Source: Mayamaea pseudoterrestris (lineage: Eukaryota). From it: 64,000 nucleotides of DNA. A program made the translations under genes and the position numbers. The notes under the pieces are model-generated. The model worked only from the letters and a program-made list of their open reading frames with translations. It was not told where the DNA came from and searched no databases. Shown here piece after piece: positions 45,466 to 56,329 of the stretch; position 1 is the first letter of the stretch, and every line of letters begins with the position of its first letter. The stretch is from NCBI GenBank assembly GCA_027923505.1, contig BROI01000008.1:806001-870000 (forward strand). Direction: 5' to 3'.

Positions 45466-48400
45466 CTACCAACCTTGGACTGAAAGGCGGTTCCGCTCGA
45501 AGGACTCACGCGGCAACCCTTTAGTCATGTAGTCGGCATCTTGATCCTTGGTATCAACCTTGAAGACCTCAAACTCTCCTCGATTGTGGTGCGACCAAAA
45601 CCAGTGATACTTAACCAGAAAGTACTTGGTGCGATTGGTTAGTTTCTGATTGGTAGCGAGGTAATAGCAACCTTGATTGTCCTCGAAAACGCGGGCACGA
45701 ATGGAGGTCTTGATCTCGGGCGGCAAGCTCAATACCTCAACAAATTCACCAAGGATGCGCTTTAAAGGAAGGAGAGTCTTGAGCGAATAGGATAGAGCAC
45801 TGTACTCAGCTTCAAGGGTGGAAAGGGAGATCTCGGTCTGCAACTGGCTCTTCCATACCAATGGGCAACCAGCCAACAGGATCACATACCCAGTCCTGGA
45901 TCGAACGCTGTCAGGCAAATGGTCTGGTTCTCGCTTGTGCAAACCACAGAAGTCTGCATCAACAAACAGATCCAAGTTGAGCTTGCGGGTAGGCTTAAAG
46001 ATGGTGCCTTGATTGCGAGTGCCGGCAAGGTAGCGCACGATAGTCTTAACGGCAATGGCATGGCTCTGCTTTGGTGAAGAATTAAAGCGAGCAACTTGTG
46101 AGACAGCAAATGCAATATCAGGGCGAGTATTAGTTGACAAGTAAAGGAGCATGCCAACAATGGAGGCGTATCCCCATTTTTCCACCATTGGGGAGCCATC
46201 TGGGTCGGATCCAAGGGCAACTTGCGAGGCAGGCAAGTAGTTGGGCTTGCAGCTTTGAAGACCAGTCGCTGCAACAATCTTGTCAATCAATCCTTGCTGG
46301 GTTAAAGTAAAGGAGCCTGCTTTGTTGTCCCGCACGAGCTTGATACCGAGGTACTCGCACAAGGATGCCTCCTGAGTCAACTCGAATCCCATGGCTTGCA
46401 ACTTGGAGATGAACTGGGTAACCACATCAACTGACTTAGCGACAATGCAACCATCATCAACAAAGCAACCAAAGAGGATGTTTACACCATAGAAGAGGCA
46501 TTGGTCGAACTTGCTCTGCTTCAAACCCATACGAAGGAGAGCGTCTCTCAAATGCTCGAACCAGAGGCGCGGGGCGACGGCAAGACCGTAGAGACTCTTC
46601 TTTAACTTTAAACACATGTTGGCGCCTTTAGATGAGCGGAAGCCTCGAGGAAGATGAATCCAAACGGGATCTTGGAGCTCTGCTTGGACAAAGGCGCTGG
46701 CAAAATCAACTGAGCAGGTGTGCCAATCAAGAGTCAAGGCAATGACGAGCAGCACTCGAATGGTGCTCCAAGCAATAACAGGGGCAAACGTTTCAAACAC
46801 GCCTTCTTGGAGATCACCACGGACACATTAGCGGCCTTTGTACTTTTTAATGCTGCCATCAGGCGTCCGCTTGCGGCGGAAGACCCAGGTTCCTGGCAAG
46901 ATCCTTCCTTTCGCTTGAGACTTGGGTACTTCCTCCCACGTTCCCTTGGACTCCAAAACACGGATTTCTTCTGCTGCTGCCTCTAACCACTTGCTAACGT
47001 GAGGTTGATCCGCCATTGCTTGCTCGTAGGAGAGTGTGTCGGGATCCGTTGCGGCAGCCTTGTAAACAGCAGGCGCCGGGATACGGAGAGAAGCAAACAA
47101 GCCAGCAAAATGCGCGGCATCGGCAAAGGATGGAGGCTTTAAAGGAGAGGCAGAGGCATTGAAAGCGCTGTAGCCAAAGCCTTGGTCTCCTTCATAGCCA
47201 TAACGGGCAGAAGACCATCCAACTTGGCGCGTCGAACGGCGAGGCGCTGGGGCGTCCTGGGGTTGGAGACCAGCTAGGCGTCCTGAGCGACGGAGAGCAG
47301 AAGGCAAAGGGGGAGAAGATGGAGCAGAAGCAGTGGTTTGTGTCTCCCTCGGAAATTCTGTTTGGGTAGGCAAGGGTGTAGGCTCCCTCGAGGATGGCTC
47401 GTCGGATGGCTCAAACGTAGGCAGCTCCCTCGTTTGAGACGGCTCGTCGATGGGATCATCGCTGGGAGACGGGAAAGGAATCTCAGTTAAAGCAGGATTG
47501 GAGGCGTCTGGGTGCTCAAGAGGAGATGGAGAAGGAGCTTGAGCAGGCGCTTCAGTGGGTGGAGCGCTGGGACTGGCGTTGGCAACTGGATTATCACTTG
47601 GTTTATCGGTGGGGCGTCTTGGAGAAGATGGCGGCACATCAACGGGAAGAGCTTGAGAAGGATGATTAGCATCAAATGCAGCCCGAATGCGTTCTTGGCG
47701 ACTAAAGGAGCTTGGGATAGGAGCAGATGCAGCCTCCTCTTCTGCCTCGGCCTCACTGTCTGTCTCGTCACCAACAGGAATGTACTGGTAGGCAGAGTCA
47801 CCAAAGAGCTGAAACCATTCCTTGGACCAAAGATCAGGGAGAGACGAAGGATCAGAAGAAACGGTGGCAAAGTAGTCATCAAAAACAACATGGTACTGCG
47901 GTGTTATACTTCCCGTTTGAGGATTGAGTACCAAAGGGACGGAGCTGGCATGCGAGTCGCTCATACCAACAAAGATACACCAATGAGCTCGAGGTTGCCA
48001 ACGAGGAAGCTTGTGTCCATCAGAAAGCTTCTTATCAAGCACATATACGGGGCAGCCCCAAACGTGCAGGTCATGAAAGTGACTGTGGGGCCATCGAGTC
48101 CTTGTGAACAGATCCTGCGGACTGATCCCCGTGCTTGGATTCGGCATTTTGTTCCACAAGTAAACAGCATGGCGGACTGCCATAGGCCAAAGGCTGGGAT
48201 CGGTAACCTCTGGCCAATGGATAGCGGCATGTAGGAGCATTGCTCGGGCAATGGACATGATCGTGCGAATGGCTCGCTCCGCCACCCCGTTCTGGCAATG
48301 GGAGCCCGTGCCGGCAAACTTGACGATTTGATGGAACGTGGTTAAATGCTTTGCGAATGCCTTTGAAGTAAAAGCAGTGCCATTGTCAGTCAAGTACTCT

Positions 48401-51400
48401 TGGGGAACAGCTCCGCTTTCAAGACAGAACAACTCGAATGCCTCTTTTGCCTTGAGTGTCTCTTCGGTTGTTAAGTACCTCTGCAGTTCCACATGCACGT
48501 ATCCAGTGCAATGGTCAACAAAGATGCATCCGCCTCCAAACAGATCAGTCTCCTTTGATTTGCCTCGAGAGGAGAAGAGGCGACCCTTAGTTGAACAGAT
48601 GAAATGGTCCACACTGATCCGCTGGGCGGGAAACAGGTTGTCGCGCCTCAGAGCATCCGCCTTGTCCTTAACCACGCTCTCTTTTAGACCTGGAGAAGAG
48701 CGAACCTTTTGCTTTGCATATTGACAAGCAGCACACATTGGAAAGGAGCGAAGTCATACACAAGAGCTGTGAAGGCGGCGCGCTCCCTCGGTTGGCGCCA
48801 AGGCTCCGCTGCGCATTAGAAACTGGATCTTGCGGTAGTCAATGTGACCAAACTTGTAATGCCAACGGAGGATCTCCTTATCAGCCTCTGATAGATTCAT
48901 ATTAGTTGGAGCGACGGCTGGTGGACTTGGAGAAGGAGAAGGAGCACTTGGCGAACCACTGGGGCGATTGGATGGACTGCTTGGAGAGCGACCCGACGAA
49001 GGACCAGATGAGTTGCCGTTTGACGAAGGAGAATCGGGACCACCTGGAGAGGATCCTGGACCTGAGCCAGGCGGAGGAGGCGGAGGACCTTGAGCATTGT
49101 AGGCATTTGAGTCCATGCGGGTCTCGTAGGCATACCCAGTAGGCAAGTTTGTTTGGGGATCAATGGGAATGCGAATGCTATTCAACGGAGGCGATCCATC
49201 AGGGCGTCTTGATCCTTGAGTTCCACTTAAATAGAGAGCCTCACTGTCTTGGTGAACATACTCGTCCTTGTAGACCGACACCAAGCTGTTAGTGCTAAGC
49301 AAACGGACTCGGGCGCTGGGGACGTAATAGGCGGGCACTTTGAGCGTTCGAAGCTGTCCTTTTGAGTCCTCAAAGCTCCAAGCCACATGCCCGTATCCTC
49401 TGATAAAGGAGCCAGCAAAGAGACCGTTAAGCTCAATGCTCTCAGGGGCCTCGTGAATGGGACCAACAAAGTCATCCTTGGAGAAGGACAAGGAGATGGA
49501 GGCGCCACTGTCCCAGATCACCTTCCTGTAGCGTTCCTTCTTGCCTCGGCGACGGCGGACAGTTCCTGTAGCCTTGTGAATGTTGCTAGTGACTTCATGG
49601 AAAGCCTGAGCTCCCTCGCGAACCCAGTCAGGAAGGGCTTCTTGCTCTCCAGGGGAAAGGCTCGAGATGTAGGCATGCCCGTAGGTTTGCAGCAAGGCGA
49701 GCTGGCGAGCGGTGGGACCAACAGGACGGTGAGTGTAGGCGCCAGTGGATATACCCTGAATGCGATCCGAAGGAAGGGTTTCCCGAACGTTGCTCCTAGT
49801 AGGCCTTGGTCTTGAAGAAGGACGAGGGCGACGAGTAGTTGAATGGACTCGGTGTCGCTGGGGTGTTGACTGCGACACGGGTTCAGGAGGGGCTCGACGC
49901 TTGGTTTTGAACTGGGGCGAGCGACGGGCTCCACACTGGGGTTTGAACTGGGATGTCTTGGAGACCTGTCCTTTGATCTTGGCCTTGGCAGGAGGAGCAA
50001 CACGGGCTCTACCTCCCTCGTTGGGAGACCTTGACAAGCAATTGCAGAAGCCTTCCACTTGGTGAGAAAAGTTGCGGGCAACCGTGGCGTCACGGACTTG
50101 GCGAACGGAGGGTAGGTGAAGATGAGCATCTTGGCGACGGAGACGAACAGGAAAGGAGCGATGGTAGCCAAGATCGGCAGCACTGGGAGCTGTAGAAGCA
50201 GGACGGAAGCAACGGCGAAGGCCTCGACGGAGACGGCGGGTGGCCTTGCGGCTCAACTTGGGTGGTGGCTCGTGAGTGGGCGTCGACTTGGGTAAAGGAC
50301 TGCGATAGCGGCCGGCAAAGTAGGATGCGCCAAGAAGACTCAACCAAAGTAAACCAGGAGCAGAAGAGAACCAAGTCTTGAAGGCAAAGACTGCGGCGGC
50401 GCTTTGGAGCAGGAGGCTGAGCGAGATGCCCAGCAACAAACCAAGTGCGACACACTTCAAAGGTCCCTTTACGGGAGTGACCATGGCGCGAACGGCGTCT
50501 GCAACAGACGGGTCTTCAGGAGCTTGGAGAAACTCGTCCAGAGGATCCTTAGTTGAGAAAACAAGGGACTGACGCGGGTGGTCAACAAGCTCAACCTTGG
50601 GAGGAGGCGGGCGATCGTATCGAGGGCGAGGGCGATCGCCAACGCAAGCCACATGAGCATGAGGAGATGGAGGAAACCAAGAATCCATATCCTGAATCAA
50701 GCTGAGGTTGGCTTGGCTAGCAGGCACATCAGAGCGGCGAGTGCGGTCATCGTTGTGGCTAGCCGTTCCATGGCTAGTCGTCCACTTGTTGCAATGAGCA
50801 CACCACGAGTAACTCTTGCTCTTGTACATGCGACGCTCAGGTTGGCCAGCTGCAGGAGGAGCAAAGTTCCAAGAGCGCTCATCCCTAGGTGAGTTGCTGT
50901 TGCTCTTGTTGTTGCCTTTGTTGCCGCTCCTGTTGCTGCCTCGGCCAGCGCCATTGGTGCGGCGCCCAGCGTTATTACCAGTGTTGCGCCCATTGCCTCG
51001 TCCCGTGCCTTGCTTGCGACCACGTTGATTGCCATGTTGCCCCGAGTCTCCATCCTTTCTTGGAGAGGGACAATTGCGAGAATAATGACCAGCTTCTCCA
51101 CAGTTAAAGCACTTTTTATCAGAAGCAACTGCAGTCGAGGCGTCTCCATTCAGCTCAACCACATTGGCTCCATAGCCTCGAGGTGGCGCTCGCGAGTCCC
51201 TGGGTTGGCGCGCGGGCTGCCATTTGTTGCTGTAATAAAGCTCCATGTAAATGCCGTCAGCCTTCATGCAAACGTCTTGCAACGTGAGCTCCTTCTTGGC
51301 AAAGTAGGCAGCTTGCTTGGCAGTCGATAGATGAGCGGTTGCATCGAGCGCCGCCTCCAACTTGTTTTCAAGCTTGCCAAGGCGACTTGCAAAACGCTCT

Positions 51401-52554
51401 CTGCCAGGATTGTCAACTGATACCTCGCCTCCAGCTAAGAGCAGATTGCGAACGTGCTTTAGTGTGGTATCAGGGTGATAGGCGTCGGCATTCTCCAAGT
51501 CGAGCGCCAGCTCCAGTGCCTCCTTATTCAACTTGACGATATCCTGCCCCGCGTACTTGCTCGGGTGCAACGCCTCAATCTCCTTCTTCCTTGCCTCGCA
51601 AAATGCTCGATCATGCTTGCGGTGCATATGAGCAAGGCGAACAAGGGTAACAACAGCAGGCTCTTTCTTGTGCTTTGATGTTTGCAAGGCGAGGCGACGT
51701 TTCAAGTCATCCGAGATGGAATTGCGAATACACATGGCAAGATCAGCATCGTTTCCCTTGTCAAACATGTCGTAGAGCTTGCGCTGAGGCTCAATGGCTT
51801 TGTTAATGCTCTTCAACGTGTGAAACTGACTGGCGAAGAGTGCGACATTGATCATTTTTGTGGGATCGGTAGGCTTTGGAGCATAGAGAAGCGTGTCCAT
51901 GCCAACTGACTCAGCCTTGATGGTAAGCTCGGTACCCCACGTGGTGAAGTTAACGTTTGGACCAAGCTTTGGTGTGATTCCTTGTTGTCTATAGGCAAGG
52001 GCGGCAATAGACTTTTCATTTTGAGAGCGAATGAGATGGCCATTGATGTTGCTATTATCCGGCGGCACATCAATGCCAGACCAATCAGCTTTTGGCTTGC
52101 CTCCAACTTGTGGAGCGTAAGTGCTAGCTCCAGTACGGACAATGGTGCCCATTATAGGCTTTTGAGGCTTGTAGATCGGCTTGGACTTGGACTTTGACTT
52201 GGACTTGAGCTTGGCACTTGAGACAGGAGGCTCAACGACGGGCGGAGCTTCCTCGGGATCAGAGTCAGAGTCATCGCTTGGAATAGAGGCATCAGAGACA
52301 AAGCTTTCAGAGCTGTCGTTGTTGTTGGTGTTGCTTGATGAGGAAACGGAGGTATCGTCCTCCTCGGACGGTGGATTTGTGCCGGGAGACGACGGTGGAT
52401 CTGTCGTCCTTCCTTCTTCACTTGGCGACGGAGCATCGCCAACAGGATCTTGGTTGGCGACTGGAGCTGGATTAGCAACTGGCTCTTGTTCGCTAACAGG
52501 AGGATTGGCGACTGGCTCTTGTTCGCCAACTGGCTTGGGATCCTTGACGGCCAT
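45466..52554 (-). pseudogene. Copia gag-pol polyprotein in one frame, interrupted by two in-frame stops (TGA 48754-48756, TAA 46828-46830)
   Basis: GGKP..W gag motif, CCHC knuckle CFNCGEAGHYSRNC, protease VIWDSGAS, integrase HHCC and D-D-E (VDH, TDNG, NGVAER), RT (LKKSLYGL, FVDD), RNase H (FVDADF, LSTLEAEY). The three annotated ORFs share one frame. Confidence 0.9.
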
Positions 52555-52648
52555 GGCTGCAACTGAGTCGGTTTCGTTTGCGACTGCTTCGAAGTTGAGC
52601 CCTGCAAGACTGTCTTCTTCGTCTCTATTCACGGCTGTGATGATTGCT

Positions 52649-52830
52649 TTAACCTCGGGAGCTTGGAGCTTTGGATTCCGAGGATCCTTGGACGGAGCTG
52701 AGGGGCGACCGTGGAGGACGACGGTGGCCTCTTTCCGACGGGGAACGTTCCTTGGCTTTCTGCCTTACTATTCTCTTCGTCTTAACCTCGGCAGCACTTG
52801 GAGCTGTGGATTCCGAGGAGCCTTGGACGG
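52649..52830. repeat. Imperfect ~48-bp direct repeat in the retroelement 5' leader
   Basis: ttaacctcgg..cttggagct.tggattccgagga.ccttggacgg at 52649-52695 and 52782-52830. Confidence 0.8.
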
Positions 52831-53103
52831 GACGGTGGCGCTTTAGTTGTTAAAAAGGAGGGAGGAGCGCCTCGCTAGCTTTAATGGAGGAATGCCTCTG
52901 AGCGTGGACAGAGCCTCCTTCGATGGTGCACTTGGGGAGAAGGACGGTAGAGGTGCGCGCTCCTTCTATAGGACTCGAGTAAAATGGTTCTTGGGCTTCA
53001 ATTCCTTGCTTGCTTGGTACTTGCTTGGTCTTGGGCGTCCCCTAAACTTCGCTTGCAAACAAAGAAGAATTGCAAAGGAGCGTGAGCGTAACCAGGCTTT
53101 ATA

Positions 53104-53119
53104 GTTGGGCTCAGAAACC
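53104..53119 (-). promoter_or_regulatory. Primer binding site GGTTTCTGAGCCCAAC, resembling the half-tRNAi-Met type
   Basis: Directly abuts the 5' LTR; resembles the copia-type GGTTATG(G/A)GCCC, which is complementary to the tRNAi-Met anticodon arm. Confidence 0.65.
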
Positions 53120-53483
53120 AGTTAAACGTTCCTTTTGCTGCTCTCGTCTTACTGCTTTATATGGATACAATAGTCTCTAAAGTACAAAGACTGTAGTTGG
53201 GTGAAAGTCGCTTTACTAGTAGGTGTGAATTAGATGTGGTGTGGGTCGGTGAAAGAACACTGAGACTGAGCAAACGATTGCAATCCAAAGGAGCGAAGAA
53301 AGCCACGTATGCTCCAGCTCAGATTCACCTCAAGGTACATTCAACTTGCATCCAAAGAAAGGCCTGATACGCTGCAAGTTCAAGTACATGAATGAGGAGG
53401 ATTCCCATGGCGATGGCTTGATTATGTGGAACGAGATGAGTGGCTGAAAGGTGTCGCACTGAGAACCGCAACGACCTTTAACT
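53120..53483 (-). repeat. 5' LTR (364 bp)
   Basis: Direct repeat of 45007-45373. Confidence 0.97.
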
Positions 53484-53541
53484 CAAATCGTGCGATATTT
53501 ATGAGGTCATTATTTTTCAGTCACGCTCACTTACTATAGCG

Positions 53542-53712
53542 CAAACTGTACTACCAAAAACTTTGATATATTTCAAAGTTCCTGGCACTATAAGACAAAC
53601 TGTACTGCCAAAAACTTTGATATTCAAAGTTTCTGGCACTGTAGAAAAAAGTGTACTGCACTTTCAAGTGCAACCTACTGTAGAGTAAATTGTACTCCCA
53701 GCACTCTACAAG
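53542..53712. repeat. AT-rich degenerate tandem repeat (~54-bp period) with internal palindromes
   Basis: caaactgtact.ccaaaaactttgata..ttcaaagtt.ctggcact at 53542 and 53596, then two decayed tgtact-containing units. Confidence 0.8.
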
Positions 53713-53811
53713 GCAGGTCGACGGCAACAAAGATCCACATCGCGCATCCGTCGGACGACTATCACAAACTTGGTCCCGCCCCGCTATTCACAAAGTGTAG
53801 TTGCAACCAAG

Positions 53812-55065
53812 ATGAAGGACAAGGAAGAGCCTGAGTGTATCGTTGATTTTGCGGCAGTCGAGGAGCTCACTTCGTTGACTGGCGTTCGAGAGCAGCAAGA
53901 GATTCAACGCGCGGATCCCATGCATAGCGGCTTCATGTGGTATGTTCCTCCTCTAGCGGTGAGCCGACTGCAACATGAATCGGGAGGGCATGACTGGATA
54001 ATTTGTAAGTACAAAAGGCAGAGTGATAGACACATTGGTACCAGTGAAGTATGTGTGATGTGTGGGTGAGCCTTTAAAGATGTCATCAATCATCTTTTCG
54101 TACCATCGAATACGGCGCAATCTTTCTCTAATAATCCATTTGACAAACAGCTGGCCACGACATGCAAGTTCTTACTGCGACTGTCTCTCCCGGAGAAACT
54201 GTCACAACCGAGGTGGGCTCTTTCGTGTACGGTTCTGGCGATATTGAAACGAAAGTGGAACTCACATGCTTTGGCTCGGGAGGGTGCAGCGAAGGATGGA
54301 ACCGCATTTGCGGGGGCGAAAGCTGCGCCAAGGTTTTGCTCACCAACAAGGGAATGGAAGAAGGCTACGTAGGACTTACACCGCCCTATCCGGCCAAGAT
54401 TGTTCCTCTCCAGTTTGGGAAGCACATTCAAGAAAACCATGCACTTATTGCTCAACCAGGTGTTTACATGTCGCAACTCGGAAAAGTTTACGTTGGTACG
54501 TAGGTCTCTGATCGCTAAACTGCTCCTTACTAAACAACGACCAACGTATTTACCATGCTTGGACTTCACGTCTCTCTTTTCGCAAATCTGCTTTGCCCAC
54601 AGCCTGTGACCTGGATTGCAGCCCGACGACTTGCTGCTGTGCGGGCTTTGGCTGCTGCCGACAAAAGATTACTGGAAACAAGGACAGCATCGCGTTCTTG
54701 TCGGCTGGGGGCACTATCGTGTATCGACAACTCGCCGACAACGAGACCATTACAGTCGACAGTCGCAGCATTGTCGCCGTTGAAGAAAGCGTCTCACTCG
54801 GGATTACACCCAATGGACGTTTGTGTGTATGTTGCTTGGGAGGCGAAGGCTGTTTCTCAACGACGCTGACGGGTCCAGGGAAGGTTTTTATGCAGGTATG
54901 TACATGTAACGTGATATGCGTAACTCCATTGTTTACTTCGCCTGAAGTGTGCTCCACTTTTCGCAGTCAATGAACTACTACAAGTTCAAGCAAGCCGTGA
55001 CTGTGACGGTCATTGAGGATCGTGGCTCGTCCAGTGGCGGTATTAATAACAACATTAGTTATTAG
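53812..55065 (+). CDS. AIM24 family protein 3, 4 exons
   Basis: Spliced WIISGHDMQVL, EVGSFVYG, RICGGESC, ETITVDS and GGEGCFSTTLTGPGKVFMQSM; introns 54005-54150, 54496-54602 and 54896-54966. Confidence 0.88.
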
Positions 55066-55149
55066 CGCGGACACAATTTGTCGCATTTTTTACTTATCAA
55101 ATATCAATATTTATGTAAGGCCTCTCCCTGTTCTAGCGTCTTAGATCGT

Positions 55150-55980
55150 CTAAAATCTCATCGGGACGTACTCATCCTCACTGTCATCCGAGTCCATGTC
55201 AGAATCGTAATCATAGATTGGCTGCAGATTGGGCTGGAACTTCGCTCGATTGCCAAGATTCAACAGATGCGTATCTGCCGAGCTCAACATGCTTGTCTGC
55301 GAGTTTGGAGCAAACCAACGAGTTGGAGAGCGAGGCCGGGCCCAATGTTTATCAAAGTTACAAAACCTGTTGCACGTGTGGTTGGCAAAGAAGGATTCGA
55401 TGCCCTTTTCGGCGAGGTCAGTCGGTCCGTAGCTTCGGCGGCGAGAGCAAATGGCAACGTCGGTCACCTCGAATCGACATTTGGCCTTGGAGTACTTATT
55501 ATACCGATATCGACCTTGCATATCACAGACAATCAACTGTCCTCCCGATCGATGGTAGGTGTAATGACTGAATGCCTCCATGGCTAGTACAACCCACCCA
55601 ACGTCATCTTCATTCGCAATCCAGCCATTGTTCGACGTATACTTCTCAAAGTAACGGATCAATGGCTCGACCAAGTACTTATGACCGCCAATAGGCATGA
55701 CATCCCCTCGAGTGATCATAATTTTCTTGCCATATTCACACATATTGTTCCAATCTTCCGCATACTCAATGGCCTTGTCCGCAATTTTAAAAGCACTCGC
55801 AAAAAACTCCGACTCCAAAACTCCGTAGTTGTCGCGAAATCGCTTGCACACCGCCTCTTGCTGGTTGCGATTTCCTCCAACATAAGTTCCAGCATATGCG
55901 ATACGAAACTTTCCTTGCCCGACAATTTGATTCTTATGGAGCGTGACTGACTGCGACGAAAGGTTTGTGCGAGCCGCCAT
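55150..55980 (-). CDS. Stand-alone alpha-kinase (eEF2K/MHCK family)
   Basis: GQGKFRIAY, AVCK, LVEPLI..FEKYTSNNG, EAFSHYTY, VCDMQG, TD, YGPTDL..GIESFF and HTCNRFC. Confidence 0.92.
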   Translation of the reverse strand: MAARTNLSSQSVTLHKNQIVGQGKFRIAYAGTYVGGNRNQQEAVCKRFRDNYGVLESEFFASAFKIADKAIEYAEDWNNMCEYGKKIMITRGDVMPIGGHKYLVEPLIRYFEKYTSNNGWIANEDDVGWVVLAMEAFSHYTYHRSGGQLIVCDMQGRYRYNKYSKAKCRFEVTDVAICSRRRSYGPTDLAEKGIESFFANHTCNRFCNFDKHWARPRSPTRWFAPNSQTSMLSSADTHLLNLGNRAKFQPNLQPIYDYDSDMDSDDSEDEYVPMRF

Positions 55981-56329
55981 TTTGAAATGATAGCTCACTT
56001 TCAAGAACTGATCTGACTGACGTAACGAGACCCTTGATGCATAAGCAGGGACAAACACCCAGCCAGTTGGAGTTTTGGGTGGCCTCAGCTCACCCCAACG
56101 CAAGGATTCCTTGGAGAAGTGTACGTGTACGCGTGCGCGGGTATTATGTGGGTCGTCGCCTCGATTCTTCAACGATGTGCGGATTCGGTAAAATGTGTCG
56201 CACCGAAATTAAAAGATCTGTGCAAGCAGATACTCGTACGATACGTATATCTTGCTCATTTTTTATACTCCTAGGCTATCACTCTTTGTACTGTACATTT
56301 AAATCTATATTATATAGTATTTTGCTCTA

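Larger units (their letters stand above)
45007..53483 (-). mobile_element. Full-length Ty1/copia (CoDi-like) LTR retrotransposon, 8477 bp, flanked by a 5-bp TSD CAAAT
   Basis: Two near-identical LTRs; CAAAT at 45002-45006 and 53484-53488; domain order gag-PR-INT-RT-RH; PBS and PPT present. Confidence 0.97.

Noticed and set aside
48739..48756. Programmed gag/pol frameshift or readthrough junction
   Set aside because: The flanking ORFs are in the same frame and the stop lies downstream of the protease, inside the integrase Zn finger, not at a gag-pol boundary.
52181..52846. 221-aa antisense ORF in the retroelement as an extra gene
   Set aside because: It is the mirror of the low-complexity Pro/Ser/Glu gag N-terminus, starts at TTG and has no recognisable domain.
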